DNA of 63,996 nucleotides, the filler included, from Dimargaris cristalligena (lineage: Eukaryota), in the NCBI GenBank assembly GCA_003614675.1. It is 3 parts of 3 records of this genome, joined end to end, with 100 filler letters (N's around TTAATTAATTAA, not from the genome) between each part and the next. Parts side by side here need not be neighbours in the genome. Positions count along the whole stretch, not along the records: positions 1 to 21,479 come from ML002662.1; positions 21,580 to 43,023 come from ML002663.1; 1 more part is not named here. One strand, given 5' to 3'. Under the pieces are notes generated by a model. It ran no database searches, was not told where the DNA came from, and saw nothing but the letters and a program-made list of their open reading frames with translations. Both the position numbers and the translations under genes were made by a program. Every line of letters starts with the position of its first letter. Position 1 is the stretch's first letter. Below, in pieces: positions 11,901 through 24,746 of the stretch.

Positions 11901-12010
11901 AAAAGTGGTGACCCCGACGTATTTTAATTATTCTATAGGTCATTTTTCGACTAGCCGGAGCTTACGAACCTACCTGCGCCTGCGTGGACAGCTATAACAA
12001 AGGGTGGCAT
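8959..12010 (-). CDS. TASP1: Threonine aspartase 1 (taspase-1, type 2 asparaginase/Ntn hydrolase), 13 exons, ~356 aa
   Basis: Manually spliced GT-AG exons, all phase-consistent: 12010-11974, 11723-11675, 11496-11415, 11264-11144, 10978-10894, 10745-10666, 10496-10312, 10157-10076, 9879-9766, 9624-9535, 9363-9332, 9202-9164, 9033-8959. Translation contains [40 protein letters not shown], the autocleavage site [48 protein letters not shown] and FAHTTPSM. Confidence 0.93.
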
Positions 12011-12900
12011 ATTTAAACACAATAGTATGGACCGAGGCGGACAATGCGTGGGCAGTCTTCTTCCACTATTCGGTAGTAAAACCTAAAGACGTAGAGTACA
12101 CTTGGTACGGAATGCTTGGGGAGTAAGTCAATGGGTTGGTGTTGAGAAATAGGCGAGGCAATAGGGAATGGGAAGATGGGAGGGGGGCTCGCACAAGTCA
12201 AAATAGGTTAAAGGAACACCGAGCTGAGTGTGGTTGATTGAATGCAGGTCAATGGACAATAGTCAAGCTCCTCTACCTCCAACTTTGCATCTTGAATCGG
12301 CTGTATATTGAGATTAGCCAAATGTGGTTTCGCTAGGGCTATTGTAGAAGTATTATTATTAGGGCATTATGATATTAGATTACCTCCTGCCAGTGGGTTT
12401 ATATATTTTAATATACTTTGTTGTTCGCTGGTTCTGCTCTCCGCCTCCACATACTCCTTTGGCTTCCTCCGGGCGTGCTAACGTAATAAATCGTTACCAG
12501 CGGACTATAATGTCCCTGCAAGTCCACATTTATTAAAGATTTACCCCATTAAGACAATTAAAGGCCAGGCTAAGTTACCTTTAACTTGGAAGGGTCTGTA
12601 TAATAAAGCAACAACTACTGCTTCAGAGCTAGCTCAGTTGGTGGGACATTTCATAGGGTATATTTTTATTGTCCCACCGATTTTCCCCATATTATGCTGA
12701 CTTCACCAGTTGGTTAGACTGGAAACTAAATCGGCCATTTTCCCCCCAGTGATCCGATTCAGACTGAGGATAGAATCGTGGTTGTTTGCTCTACTTTTAA
12801 CGTTTACTATAGTGCATCGAAGCCATAGAATTGAATCTTGATCCTTTTTGATTGCCCTCCGTCCCCCTCAGTACTATATATTTTTAAATTGTAATTAACC

Positions 12901-14090
12901 ATGCAGAGTCTTTTCCGCGTCACCCGGACTGCCCCGACCATCCGGCCAGTGTCGGCTTTGGGAACCCCTCTTCCCACTGGTCTCCGCAGTTACCGGATTC
13001 GTAATACCAAGAAGAAGAAGGTTGAGGACGAAGAGAGCAAGGGTCTGTTAATCGAAGACGCAATTCCGATTCTCAAGGTAAAATACAAACAGCGACAATA
13101 TATACCCGGACGACTACCCTTGGCCATCACCACCTAGCAGATCATACAGCCACGCCATTGGATCCAGGGAAGGTGCTCTATTATAGAGCCGGGTGGCCCT
13201 GACTTGAATAAAATCACCATACGAGTTACAAAATTACCCCCCCCCCCCCTCATGTCCCCCGACTACCCCTACCGTTTCCCAGCCGTACTTACAAATTTTG
13301 ATTCATATATACATATATATATATATACTTGGCTGCTATGAAATAGGCCTTCGAAGTAGGTCGTCCCCAAGCCACCGTCGAACTCCATGTCCAGCTCTTT
13401 CACGATCGTGGTTCCGCTCCCGTCCGGGGGACCTGCCTCCTTCCCCGTGCCATCAAAAATGAAGTCCGAGTGTTGGTCTTTGCTGAAGGGGAACCCGCCA
13501 AAGCGGCCCAGGAAGCCGGCGCCACCTACGTGGGAGGTGCGGAACTTCTCCCTCAGGTTGTGGACGGTACCATCCAATTCGATAAATGTTTGTGTAGTCT
13601 CGACATGATGCCCACGGTGGCTCGGATTGCCCGTTTCTTGGGTCCCAAGGGCCTAATGCCCACCAAGAACAAGGGCACCGTGACCAACGATCTGGGCAAT
13701 GCCGTGCGTCATGCGATCAACACGTTCGATTACCGTATGAATAAGAGCGCCATTGTTAACTGTCCGATTGCCAAATGTGGGTTCACTCCTCAGGAAATTG
13801 CCGGGAATGTGAGTAGCGTGCTCAACCACATCCGGGCCAATACCCCTAAGACTAAGAAAGGTAAGCTACATTGTGCATTTGATCGATGATATTTCTCGCA
13901 ATTGCCTTGAAGACCTTATTATATATATTTCAGCAAACGAATGCTGTCAACAGTAAATCTATTATACTAACCCATCTTTACTTGTTGGACCTACCCCATT
14001 CCTCGTAAATTTACTATTTTTCTAGCGCTCATTGGAACGGTTCATCTATCGACTACGCATGGGCCGTCGGTTCCTATCCGGGGCCTATAG
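12901..14090 (+). CDS. MRPL1: Mitochondrial large-subunit ribosomal protein L1 (uL1m), 3 exons
   Basis: Exons 12901-13077, 13347-13860 and 14026-14090 with GT-AG junctions in phase. Arg/Ser-rich presequence (MQSLFRVTRT), VRGTCLLP, VLVFAEG, GATYVGG, ARFLGPKGLMP..KGTV and C-terminal HLSTTHGP. Confidence 0.93.
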
Positions 14091-14571
14091 ATCGTGTGAT
14101 TCATTATCCCCCGTATTGCTCTTCTCGTTGATTCCTAGTTCTCTCTTTTTTAAGATAATACCAACGCCTTTGCTGTTCTTAGATTTCGTAGCTATTTGGA
14201 ACGGGCATCTTGACAATAAAAATATCCTAGGCTTATTTTTACTGAAGAATCACTATATTATTATTATCCGTTCGATCCCAACCACTCATTAACCTGGATA
14301 AAAGGTCATATTTGGGGACCAGCATATGGTATAATATATCATCAAAATACATCAGGGAAAGGATGACCTAACAAGGCCAACCTTCACATCTGGCCGATTC
14401 AGAGAGCTGCTTTCCTTTAGCGTGAATTTGGGTAGTCAAGTGTTACAGGCAGCTCATTCCCAGTCTAACTTATGCCACTCTACATGCCCGATTTCTCTTG
14501 GTATTGAATTTACCTATTTCTTCATTCCTTCACCTGCCCAGCGGTGCGGCCATTCCCGAGACGTTTCCACC

Positions 14572-17500
14572 ATGGTCCCACAGATCGACATTGAGCCCAT
14601 TCGCAGCGCTATTAAACGCCATGTCGACCTGCTTGCCTTGACTTCGAAGCCATCCCTGGAGGTAGGTCATCCATTGTAAGAAGCGGCCGAGTTCAGAGGC
14701 AAACAGTCGAGAATGGGTCCCTGAATGGCTCCACCAAGTAGGCTATGTCGTCAATCCAGCCAAGTTTTTTGAGGCGGTGAGTCTGCCGTCCCTCGCGTGT
14801 ATTAACTACCCATTTTTTAACTCCGGCCGGCCGACCCAACCCCGCCTTTTCCTCTTTATAATACTATGCATATACTTACCTATAAATATTCGTCTCTCCC
14901 GTAGAAGAGGAATGTCGACCACAAGAACCCAGGTGATCTGACTGAGTTTTTGACTCACTGGTTCGCAATTGTAGCCGAACTCACGAACCAGCGGCGATTG
15001 TTTTTCCAGACTTTATCCCAGACTGAACTACCCCCGGACGACACCACCTTACAATATGCCCAATTCGAGTTTGAAACGGCCGTCTACCGGGTTCTTCCTT
15101 CCGACTTTGCGCGGCTTATCCGGCTCTATTGGGAACTCAGCGCGGTACTTCTTTTCCATGCTGAAGCAGTTCACTTTTCCTTGGCATGTTTAGATGATCT
15201 AGAGGATAATGCCGTTGCCTGTTCCCCATCGGCTTGTATCACTAGCTGGGCTCAGCAGTGTTGGGCTACTAAAGGACATTCCGAGTCGGGTATGGGTACC
15301 TCTGACTCTGGTTCTAACTCTGATTCTGACTCCGGTTCCAACTTCGAGGGCCATTCCGCTTTTCCTAACCAGCACCTATTCACGGACTGGGCTGCCCAGT
15401 TGGACTTACCCGACTATCTCTCTTTAGTATACAATTGTAAAGTCACTGCTCGGGCTCTATACGATACCGGTCTCCAACAATTCGGCCAAGGGCCCCTTCA
15501 CCAACTTCTAGTCGACTTGATTCAACACCGCTTGAAGACCCGGGCCCAGTCCGATTTTGAAACCCCCCACTTTTCCATGTTATTACAGTGGATGCAGTCC
15601 ACTTTGCTACCCTGGTTGGCGGCTGTTACCCACAGCGCCGAACCATCGGTGGCCGCCCAATGGGAGCCCCTGCTAACCGACCAACTCTACCAACGATTCG
15701 GTGATTTACGAATCGGGGAACTGTTTAATATTATTGTCGAATACCCCGACTCACTACCAGCGGTGGAAGACTTGCGAACTTGTTTGGGTCGGATTGGCGG
15801 CAAAATGGACGCCGCAATTGCACTTCGGGCGGATGTGGAAAAACGCCTGCTTCAACAGGGTGCCAATACCCAGGATATTCTTACCCAATACGTATCCTGC
15901 GTGAAGTGTCTACGGGTCTTGGATCCCACCAGCGTGATGGCCCATTTTGTCACTGCCCCCATCCGGACATATTTAAGGTAGGATGCACCTACTAGTTGCA
16001 GTGCTATTTTCTCGACACGATCACGTCTATCATGTACTATCTGAACCGGTCTTTCATTGAGCGATGGTAACTCGTAGCAAGCCTCACTCAACTATTGAGA
16101 ATGCCGGTCCCATCTCAGAGAGACATGCTGGAGAATGTCCTAAAAATAGCTAGTAATCAAGAAGAAAAACCATGGTCATGTCTAATGTATTGCTGGATGC
16201 ACTAACCTGTTAATTTTTTTCAACACGAAACCTTCTGCAAAAAAATATTCAATACGTGATGGCCAAGGGGGCGTGAGGATACCATCAAGTGTATTGTCGC
16301 GAGTCTGGTTGGTGACGATAATAGTGTCTTTGACGATGCTGATTTGACTATGGTAACGCAAGATGCTGACTCGGATGACGAAGATAATAATTTCGATCGT
16401 GAAGACTGGGAACCAGAGCCCATGGATGCCCTTGCTAGTAAGCCCAGTTTTCCTTTGGTATTTTGAAAAATTAAATAACTAGCGGGTTATATTACAGAGA
16501 TCTAGTGACCTTTCAGTGTGTGTCTACCCTACGACGGCCTATTGCAATTCACATATTAATCATTTTACGTTAATAATACCGAATATTTGCCAACGTGTTA
16601 TTCTCACTTTCCGGGTATTTTCTTCATCTACAGTCCCCAAATCTCCTAGCCAGCGTCACGCCGACATCATTGGGATATTAACCAATATTTACGATACAAA
16701 AGACGTGTTTGCGAAAGAATATCAGCGAATCTTGGCCGATAAGCTACTCCGCGACGGACAGGCAAGCGTAGATAATTCGGTAAGCAATTTTAGCGTGCAC
16801 CCTCAAAAAGACGCAACTTCTACTTGGGCTTTACTCCGATATAGATATTACTCTAAGCTTCCCAAGTTCAACTCTCGTATCCACAGCCGGTAGTTTCCAT
16901 ATATATATATATACACTAACACTTCTACCCCTAATCTTCCCTTCTTTACGATGGTGCATTAGATCAAAAATCTGGAACTTCTCAAATTGCGGTTTGGTGA
17001 AACCAATATTTGGATTTGCGAAGTGATGGTGAAAGATATCACCGACTCGAAACGAATATCCCAATTTGTCCACGATCAGGGCTCAGCCGACGGCTCGGCA
17101 ACTGCAGTAGAGCAGGTAACTAATGTACTTTATTTCATAGCCTAGACCTCTAGTTCCAGTTCGACATATACTCTATTTTTATAAGGTACCGCAATCTCTT
17201 ACCCGGGCTCTCGTTTCCAAACTGATTACCCCTCTTCCCGTCACCACGTTTTATACATACCAACCCACATATTTTTACTTCAGATCGGCATGGACGCTCT
17301 GGTACTTTCCCACCTCTTTTGGCCCACCTTTCGCAAAGAAACTTTCGCATTACCGCCCATAGTGCAGCAGGCTCAGGCCGAGTATGGCGAACTGTACAGT
17401 CGCTTGAAACCCGCCCGCGCGCTTCACTGGCTCCCCCACCTTGGCACCGTGGACCTTACCATCGAGCTTGCCAACCGAACACTAGACTTAACCGTAACTC

Positions 17501-18081
17501 CCCTTCAGGCCGCCATAATCCATTGTTTTTCCGAAACCACCACCTGGTCCCTAGTCGATCTAGCCGAGCGGCTGGAAATGGCCCTGCCGGCAGTTCAGAG
17601 TAAATTGGCCTATTGGTTAGCCCAAGGTGTGATTCATGAAAAAACGACGGACCCGCTCGTCTATGAGGCAACGGAAACGTCAGCGGTTGCCACAGCGACG
17701 GACCAATTGAGGATACACCACGCCGGAGGCCCCAGGAATAGTCACCAAGCCGATGCTCCTCATAGCAATGGATATGCCAGTGACAGCGAGGATTTCAGCG
17801 AAGACTCCGATCGGGAGGAAGTCGAAGTCGAAGCCGCTTCCGCTGTGGAATCGGGCCAGGACCGTCGAGTGGAGGAAATGCGGATTTATTGGTCATTCGT
17901 GGTCGGTATGTTGACCAATTTAGGCAGTCTGCCCCTAGACCGAATTCAAGCCATGTTACATATGTTTGTCCAGGAACCGGCGGCTTATTCTCGATCGGAG
18001 GCGGAATTGAGAGATTTCCTAAATTTGATGGTTAAGGAGGATAAGTTGGAGCTGTCTGCGGGTATGTACAAACTTAAGTGA
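14572..18081 (+). CDS. APC2: Anaphase-promoting complex subunit 2 (cullin-like), multi-exon; 5' exon structure uncertain
   Basis: LRIGELFNIIVEYPDS, KRLLQQGANTQDILTQYVS..LRVLDP, (R)GREDTIKCIV, WEPEPMDA, DIIGILTNIYDTKDVFAKEY..LADKLL, NLELLKLRFGE..CEVMVKDI, VLSHLFWP and the C-terminal winged helix YWSFVVGMLTNLGSLPLDRI. Main exons are about 14905-15977, 16269-16437, 16633-16779, 16963-17115 and 17284-18081. The start codon is tentative. Confidence 0.92.
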
Positions 18082-20238
18082 TCTACCCATATCCCGTACC
18101 ACTATGTTGAATTAGTATACTCAATTTCTTTTTAAAAAAATAATGAATACGATGTACTTGTCATCAAAATAACATACCGTAAAAGGGCAATTAGCTAATG
18201 TAGTGCTAATAAATGTTGGCAATCGATCATCTAAGGATTGGGGGCGGTGGCTTTCCCAATTGCTATGTATTGTTGGCAAAGGAAGTTCTCGGGATATTAC
18301 TAATGGTGATTGTAATAGAAATCTACCGATAGGAATATCGAAGTAGATTATTGCAATCTCGGGACAATTGATTGCTTCAGACAATACAGTCGGAACATCT
18401 AACTTTTATTTGTGTTAATTGCTATGGTAGTCAATCACGAGTGTATCGGGAGCGGGCGTGCTACAGGGGGTTGTTGGGAGAACAGCGCGTCATACACTAG
18501 CAGTTTGGTATGCACAAGAATTGATGGACCAAGGCCTTGGGAGGAGGTGAAAAATAATCGTCAAATCTACCAGAACATAGTGGAACGAGAGGAAGGGGAA
18601 AGGTGTCCGGAGGGGAAGGCATAAGTATATAGTAACAAATGATAGGTGAAAATGGCCAGGATGCGACAGTATCAACCCAAATGTGCCAGCGATTGAGGAC
18701 CTGGGTGACCTAGGAGAGTGTATACAGTAGCAAACCTACCAGAATATACTGGTAGTTTTGTCAACATTTTCCGTCCACACTTTACCCGACAGGGCACCTC
18801 TACAGCGGGCCCTTAAATTTAGAAAGAGAGGGTAATTCAGCAGGCTCCGCGACGGCATCACCGTCTGATGAATTGCCCTAGGGTATGAACTGGCACTTAC
18901 CAAATTATCAGAGGACTTCAAAAAGTTCTGATCCACCGAGTCGCAAAATTCTAATACTGTTATAGTGGATTCTGGTGGACTATACCCTTTTTAGCAAGCC
19001 TTCCATAATTAGTTTGCTATTCTCCGTTCTATACCAAATAATATATTTTACCAAAGAGGCATCCCCCTCCTGGTAATCGGTCCAAGTGTTCTAGAGTTTC
19101 CTAACAACAATTGTATATGCCTTCAGCTGTTTATTACTCCTTGGTATATAATCACCAACGCGAGCCACGCCTCAAAAAAAAAAGACACTATTATATTCAT
19201 CTTTAATATCAACCACTCTCTATTGTCATTATTACTACACATTTTCCTCCCCTGCTTTGCACTCTGTTAACTTGACCCCCGCGCCACCACCAGGTTCAAC
19301 TTCAAACAATTCTCCTAGCCCTAAACCCTAAACCATCAATTTTTACACAAGCAGAATCGAATAGTGGACATGGTACGGTTACGTGTTGATAAGGCCAGTA
19401 GGGGGGATGGAACAGTATCTGTTTATTCTTCCAAGATTAGCTGACTATAGGGACATCAAAGAAAGAGAAGACGATGGGGGAGGGGCGGGGGCGGTCGATT
19501 TTGATAAAAGCAGGCGGGTGCAAATGTCCTCGTCCTGCTGGTTGTTACACAAGCTATACCATTGAACGAGTGGCATATTGCGGCAGGGATGTTAGTTTTT
19601 AATGTTCATTAGGTATATTAAACTAGGCGTATTTGAAACGGTGTATATAGCATACTAACGATTATTTGAGCATAGGGGGCCCAAACCTCCAATAATAGAC
19701 TCGATAATGGCACCGAAAACAGCCTCTATTCGACCATAGGAATATTCTCTCGTGCTTTAACTATGAGGAATGATACACCCATAATGGCTATCTGAATGGC
19801 CCACGACTACAGGGGCGAATCCCTTAAGCCAATTACTTACTAAAGTCTGCAAACCCGTATAACCCTGTATCATACACAGACCCTCATAGATGAATAGTGC
19901 CGGGTGTAGAGTGTGATACTGTGGAACTTGAAAATATCCCTTATTCAACGAAATGGCCGGCCAGGTCCATAGTTTTAAGCCAGCTGTATATATCGCTCTC
20001 GGTATGATTAGCCCTATTCGCCGATAATATAAATCCCCCAATTTTCCTCCTCGTATGTTTTATCGCGCTTACCTAACTCTTTTGTATCGATTTTTTTTTT
20101 TCAAAACAGGCGATAGACTCCCATTATTGCATCACCCTGGATTGACATTATTCACTAGTGGATTTATCTTGGCTCTACCCTGGCAGATACTCCTTTGCAG
20201 CTGATTTCCAGCTACCTCCTTTAAGCCGCCATTCTAAA

Positions 20239-21399
20239 ATGCGGGTCCACAAGGCAACTGGACTGCTATGGCTAAGCGTACATACTGTAGTCAGTGCCAC
20301 TGAACCAAATCAATATGATATTGACCCAGAACATGCAATTTTCTACACTCATAGTGCACCTTATAGTTTTGATGAACCGGCCACAAATACCGCTCTGAGA
20401 CCCCAACTGAGCAAACCTTGACTCAATGATTACTCCGCCTATTCAAGCCAACCGGTCTCCAGTGGTTCCCGACCATCCAATGACCTGTTTGAACAGTCTG
20501 TGGGTGGAGGCAGTGTTTTAGGACACCAGGAACTCAACAGCCCCTTTGGTGCTCACAGTCTAGTCAGTGTATCCAAGTCCATTGAATCACTTCCCAATGC
20601 TGATGGTAGCATGTACGATATAGCAGATGGCAACCGTGGCCTGTTCAGTGCATGCTTAGACCTAAACTTACTTAACAATCTGGCCAATTTGGATAGCAAT
20701 CCTACCGCCGCAAGCCTGGTGGCATCGGAAGATAGCCCACCCCATCCACCCACGAAGAAGACTTTGGATCATGATCCTGAGAGCCGGCTTAGTAGCCTAC
20801 CTCACCTGTCAGAACCGGCACCTAATAACAAGAAATCAAAATTACAGAATATGAAGAAGCCTTATGCCTGTGATCACTGTGATCTCTCATACAAGTCCCA
20901 AAAGTCTCTTGATGAACATTTACGCACAATCACCAGAACCAAGAGGCATATCTGCAACATCTGTAAGAGCTCTTTTCTGAAACCCAGTATGCTGGACACC
21001 CATATGAGAAGTCATACTGGGGATAGGCCTTACCCGTGTGGTTATTATGAATTGTCGTTCAAAGTACATCATGTCCTCAACAGGCATATGGACCACGCAC
21101 ACCCCGGGAAACCGTGTTACATTTGCGATCAGTGCCAAGCCCCATTTGACACCTGGATTGAACTCAACAACCATTTGAAAACTCATCCCAAAAAGAAGAC
21201 TAAGTCCGGGGTGGGTAAGAAGAGTTTAGTGCCCAACTGTAGCTCTCCAAATGGCAATTTTACAACACCGGGCTGGGGAAAGCTTTTTACCTGTAGCTGC
21301 TGTGACTTCACGGCCATAGAGTGGTGTGGCAAGGTGGAGTGTCCCCTTGATTGCCACAGGTATAAATTATTACTATTTGATTATTATATTTATATATAA
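20239..21399 (+). pseudogene. Signal-peptide-like N-terminus plus tandem C2H2 zinc fingers, interrupted by an in-frame TGA at 20419-20421; probable pseudogene
   Basis: ORFs 20158-20421 and 20500-21399 share one frame, separated by a single TGA. ATG 20239 gives MRVHKATGLLWLSVHTVVSA. Fingers are KPYACDHC, HICNICKSSF..HMRSHTGDRPYPC and YICDQC..HLKTH. Finger 3 has CGYY (Cys>Tyr) and finger 1 lacks its second His. Confidence 0.7.
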
Positions 21400-21479
21400 G
21401 GTATGAAGCGGCTTTTTTTGTCTGGTATATCCAGTTTTTTTCCCTTCCCTTTTAACCCATTTTTTCCACACGAATTTTT

Positions 21480-21579
21480 NNNNNNNNNNNNNNNNNNNNN
21501 NNNNNNNNNNNNNNNNNNNNNNNTTAATTAATTAANNNNNNNNNNNNNNNNNNNNNNNNNNNNNNNNNNNNNNNNNNNN
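21480..21579. other. Artificial contig-joining spacer (N44-TTAATTAATTAA-N44)
   Basis: A six-frame-stop 12-mer between N runs, 100 nt in total, identical to the spacer at 43024-43123. Confidence 0.97.
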
Positions 21580-23985
21580 TATATGTATGGGTGAATATAT
21601 GTGAGAATAGCTTTTAACCAGTAATATTGGCCGCCTCCAATGGATTTTTCATTATACAGCCTGAATGAACTTCTCCCATATAGTATAGTCCAGAGTATAG
21701 GATGGACCAATCAGAGTAAAGGAATCGGTGGGACGGGGGGAAATGAATTTCCAACAGATACGCTGATACATTTATGTACCATATTTAAGATAATTAGTAA
21801 AATTGGTAGCCAAATGTAAATACGAATAAGTCTAGTGACAGGGGACACTATTGTTTAGACCCTAGCATGATGAGGCCGTGGGGTTTATAGAGGGAGGAAT
21901 GGATATGGCCTTACCAAGTAATTAAGTACACCTTACCCCCTGCCTCTCTAAACAAAAGTCGAGTCCCACCTGTTACGTCTGCCTCTATAGTATTTCCCGG
22001 TCTTGGTTAGCTACTTCGACCCCAAAAATAAACATTAGTTAACCGAGCAGCTAGTTTTTACGGATGTATATTCGAAGCTCCACTTTCAATTAACCAGAGT
22101 CAGCAAACTTTATTTATTTGGATGTGGTTATAGGGGCGGCGACTGTGCGACGCATGGGCAATGGAATGTGGCCCATCAATGAAAGGCAGTGGTGCATGGG
22201 GATGAAATGCCAACTAACAAGAGCCCGATTGATTGTGGATCCCATTATTGGAATTTCCGTGTGGGTTTCGCACAGCTCATTGCCTTACATGTCGAAATAC
22301 GGCCAGCACTGAAGATAGCGCCGGATACGCTATAATAACAGGCGACAATAACCATGAGCCAGGCCAAAGTATAGCAACGCATAGTTGAAGTAAAGTAAGG
22401 GAGGGGATGAGAGTACTGGAAAGGGTGGTATGGAGTGGTGGTGGTGCAAAAATTATGACAGATGGTTTAGTTGGTGTTAGAATGGGAGGGAAGGGGAGCA
22501 GTGCGATGTGAAGTGAAGTGAATAATGGGCTATCCAGCTGACTATTTATGCAAAACGTAAATACCCGATTGCACTCAGTGCGAGTGGATAAGTTTGCCAA
22601 AAGATGCTGTAGAGTAGGATTGGCTGAATCGTTTATTAACAAGGTCTAGTTGATAAACTATAGGAATTGTGCTGTTGGAACCTACAAAGAAGAGGGAATG
22701 GAGGCAAGTTGGAGACGGAGGGATGTAATACAAATCTCGTCTAGTGAAGGGACTTAAGACAAGAGGGTTTACCCATTAATATGCCGGAGATTGCCCATCA
22801 TTTTGTGGTCCTCTTCCTGCAACCCTACAATATCTATAGGCCAAGACCCTAGCAGCACCAGATATAAAGTCACTAGGGGGGTATCTTTATATGAGGATTG
22901 GCCGTATTGAGCATAAAAATAAGAGCAACCGTGTAATGGGTTAGAGTGCAATTAATATAGTGGACAATTTGCCTAATATGCTCTTTGGCAGCGTGTAGTG
23001 GAAGTAATAGACAAGGGTTAAGATAATAGGGGGTTTGCAGAATGGGGTAACTACTACTAGGAAGAGGAGGCGGGGGTTTAATTTTAATCATTCTAACTTA
23101 TCGACTTTGTCTACTACTCAAAGGAGTGCGGAGATAGAAAAGGGGGGAGTGGTCATCTTCACATCTATTAATAGGCTCATAACAATAGGGGTTTGAGTCA
23201 CTATAAACTGGTTGGCTGTAAAAGTAGGAGATAGGGCGACAGCAGAATGTATTTAGGTTGATAGTTGACGTCACGGCGGCGTCTACTGTCGATTAACCTT
23301 GAGAAAGCGGCATTTGAATACGGTATATCGGCTGTAATATATTGGATGCACGATTAACAATAGTCAATGGATAGCTGACGGGGTTGAAGAGAGGGGGCTT
23401 TGTATTTCTCTCCATTTACTGCGCGGCTAGCCCACGTCTCCATTTCGATGGACGGTAGGATATTTTTGTATTGGGCGGATGACTTTCTCCACTTCTGATA
23501 GCCAGTCCTGCTTCGGTTTTCATTCCATTTCAAAGGTAATTGATTATACTTTACTGCTGAATTGTCAAGCACAGGCAAATTACAGTTGTATTATCTACTT
23601 ACCCCTATGAAATTATGTGCAGTATACGAATCTGACTTCGATAATAAGACCTTATATTAGCACGGTAAAAGTAATGGAACCAAGAGAAATATTAATCCAA
23701 AAATAAATATATGGGAATGAGTTTAGAACTATCCGGTATGGCACGGTCGATTATTAATTAGCTGTGGTTGGCAGACCCCACCAATGATTATTTCAACTAA
23801 TACATGATTAGACAGGTTTTATACATTTACTGACCATTCTTATAGCTCTATATTATCAATCCCGCGGTTTATTCTAGCAATACTTGCTTTGTGGATATAT
23901 TTCCAACATGCACATTCATCACATTTTTACTTGCAACCATTTATATAACTTTTTCAATACAATTAGTGACCTCTTAATACTCAAG
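21580..23985 (-). repeat. Left arm of a ~2.4-kb inverted repeat (partner about 40620-43023)
   Basis: The ORF track gives six identical translations on opposite strands (coordinate sum 64603). Near-identical over 21580-23840, with only isolated substitutions seen near 23103 and 23121. Clearly diverged but alignable over 23845-23985. Confidence 0.97.
22245..22382 (-). CDS. Putative small secreted peptide, 45 aa (copy in the left inverted-repeat arm)
   Basis: Reverse-complement copy of 42221-42358: MRCYTLAWLMVIVACYYSVSGAIFSAGRISTCKAMSCAKPTRKFQ*. Confidence 0.45.
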   Translation of the reverse strand: MRCYTLAWLMVIVACYYSVSGAIFSAGRISTCKAMSCAKPTRKFQ

Positions 23986-24746
23986 TTTATTTATACGAGA
24001 TGCTAAAACGCCCCGAGAAGGCCGCACTCATATCTCGCATTTCCATTCCTAAAGGACGTAGAAGATGGAGCTGCACTACACTACACCGGCCATCTCTTTA
24101 TGACAAACCCACGTCCGAATATTGTTACCCCCAAAATTTATGTATGATAGCTTTGGGGAAAATTTTACCCTATTCAAATAGACGCAGTAATATTAAAAAT
24201 AATATTTTTTTGTAATTGGTATACTAATGTGTTGCTTCGGACGTTTATATTGCCATTGGTGTACCTTAAGAGATGCCATATCGATGAAGGTTTAAATAGT
24301 AATGAAAGTTACTCTTTCAGTGGTGCAGAAAGTACGGTACATTTATTCAAATTCATATCATGAGAGTATATTAGGAGATACGAAGCAAAGGTATGCGATT
24401 ATCTGTGTATTATGTTATGATAAACAAATCTCAAAGAATATGTAAGGTGCTTAAAGATATAATACCAGAAACTTCAATTAGGTGACGCTGGTGGTCAATT
24501 ATGAGTTAATAAGGCTAGCTAGCACTGGTAACTTAGGATGATGTTTTATCTGTTGCCGAAATTATCGGGTTTTGAAAAATGGATTAAATTAACGTAATTC
24601 AAACACCGGCCATTCACCTCATTCGGCTCAAGTACCACGATTACCCATGTATATACAGGGATATATAACATTGCTACGGTGGGATATACAGAGGCCGTAT
24701 CCTGGAACTAATCCAGATGGGGTCTGTTCATTCCACAGTCGGTTCA

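Noticed and set aside
19318..19334. CCCTAAACCCTAAACC telomere-like repeat
   Set aside because: Only about two units and internal; compatible with chance.
18735..19505. Possible short exons between APC2 and the zinc-finger locus
   Set aside because: No consistent reading frame or homology recognised.
21524..21535. Palindromic TTAATTAATTAA inside N runs (also 43068-43079)
   Set aside because: Artificial six-frame-stop linker. It is not biological, and adjacency across it cannot be assumed.
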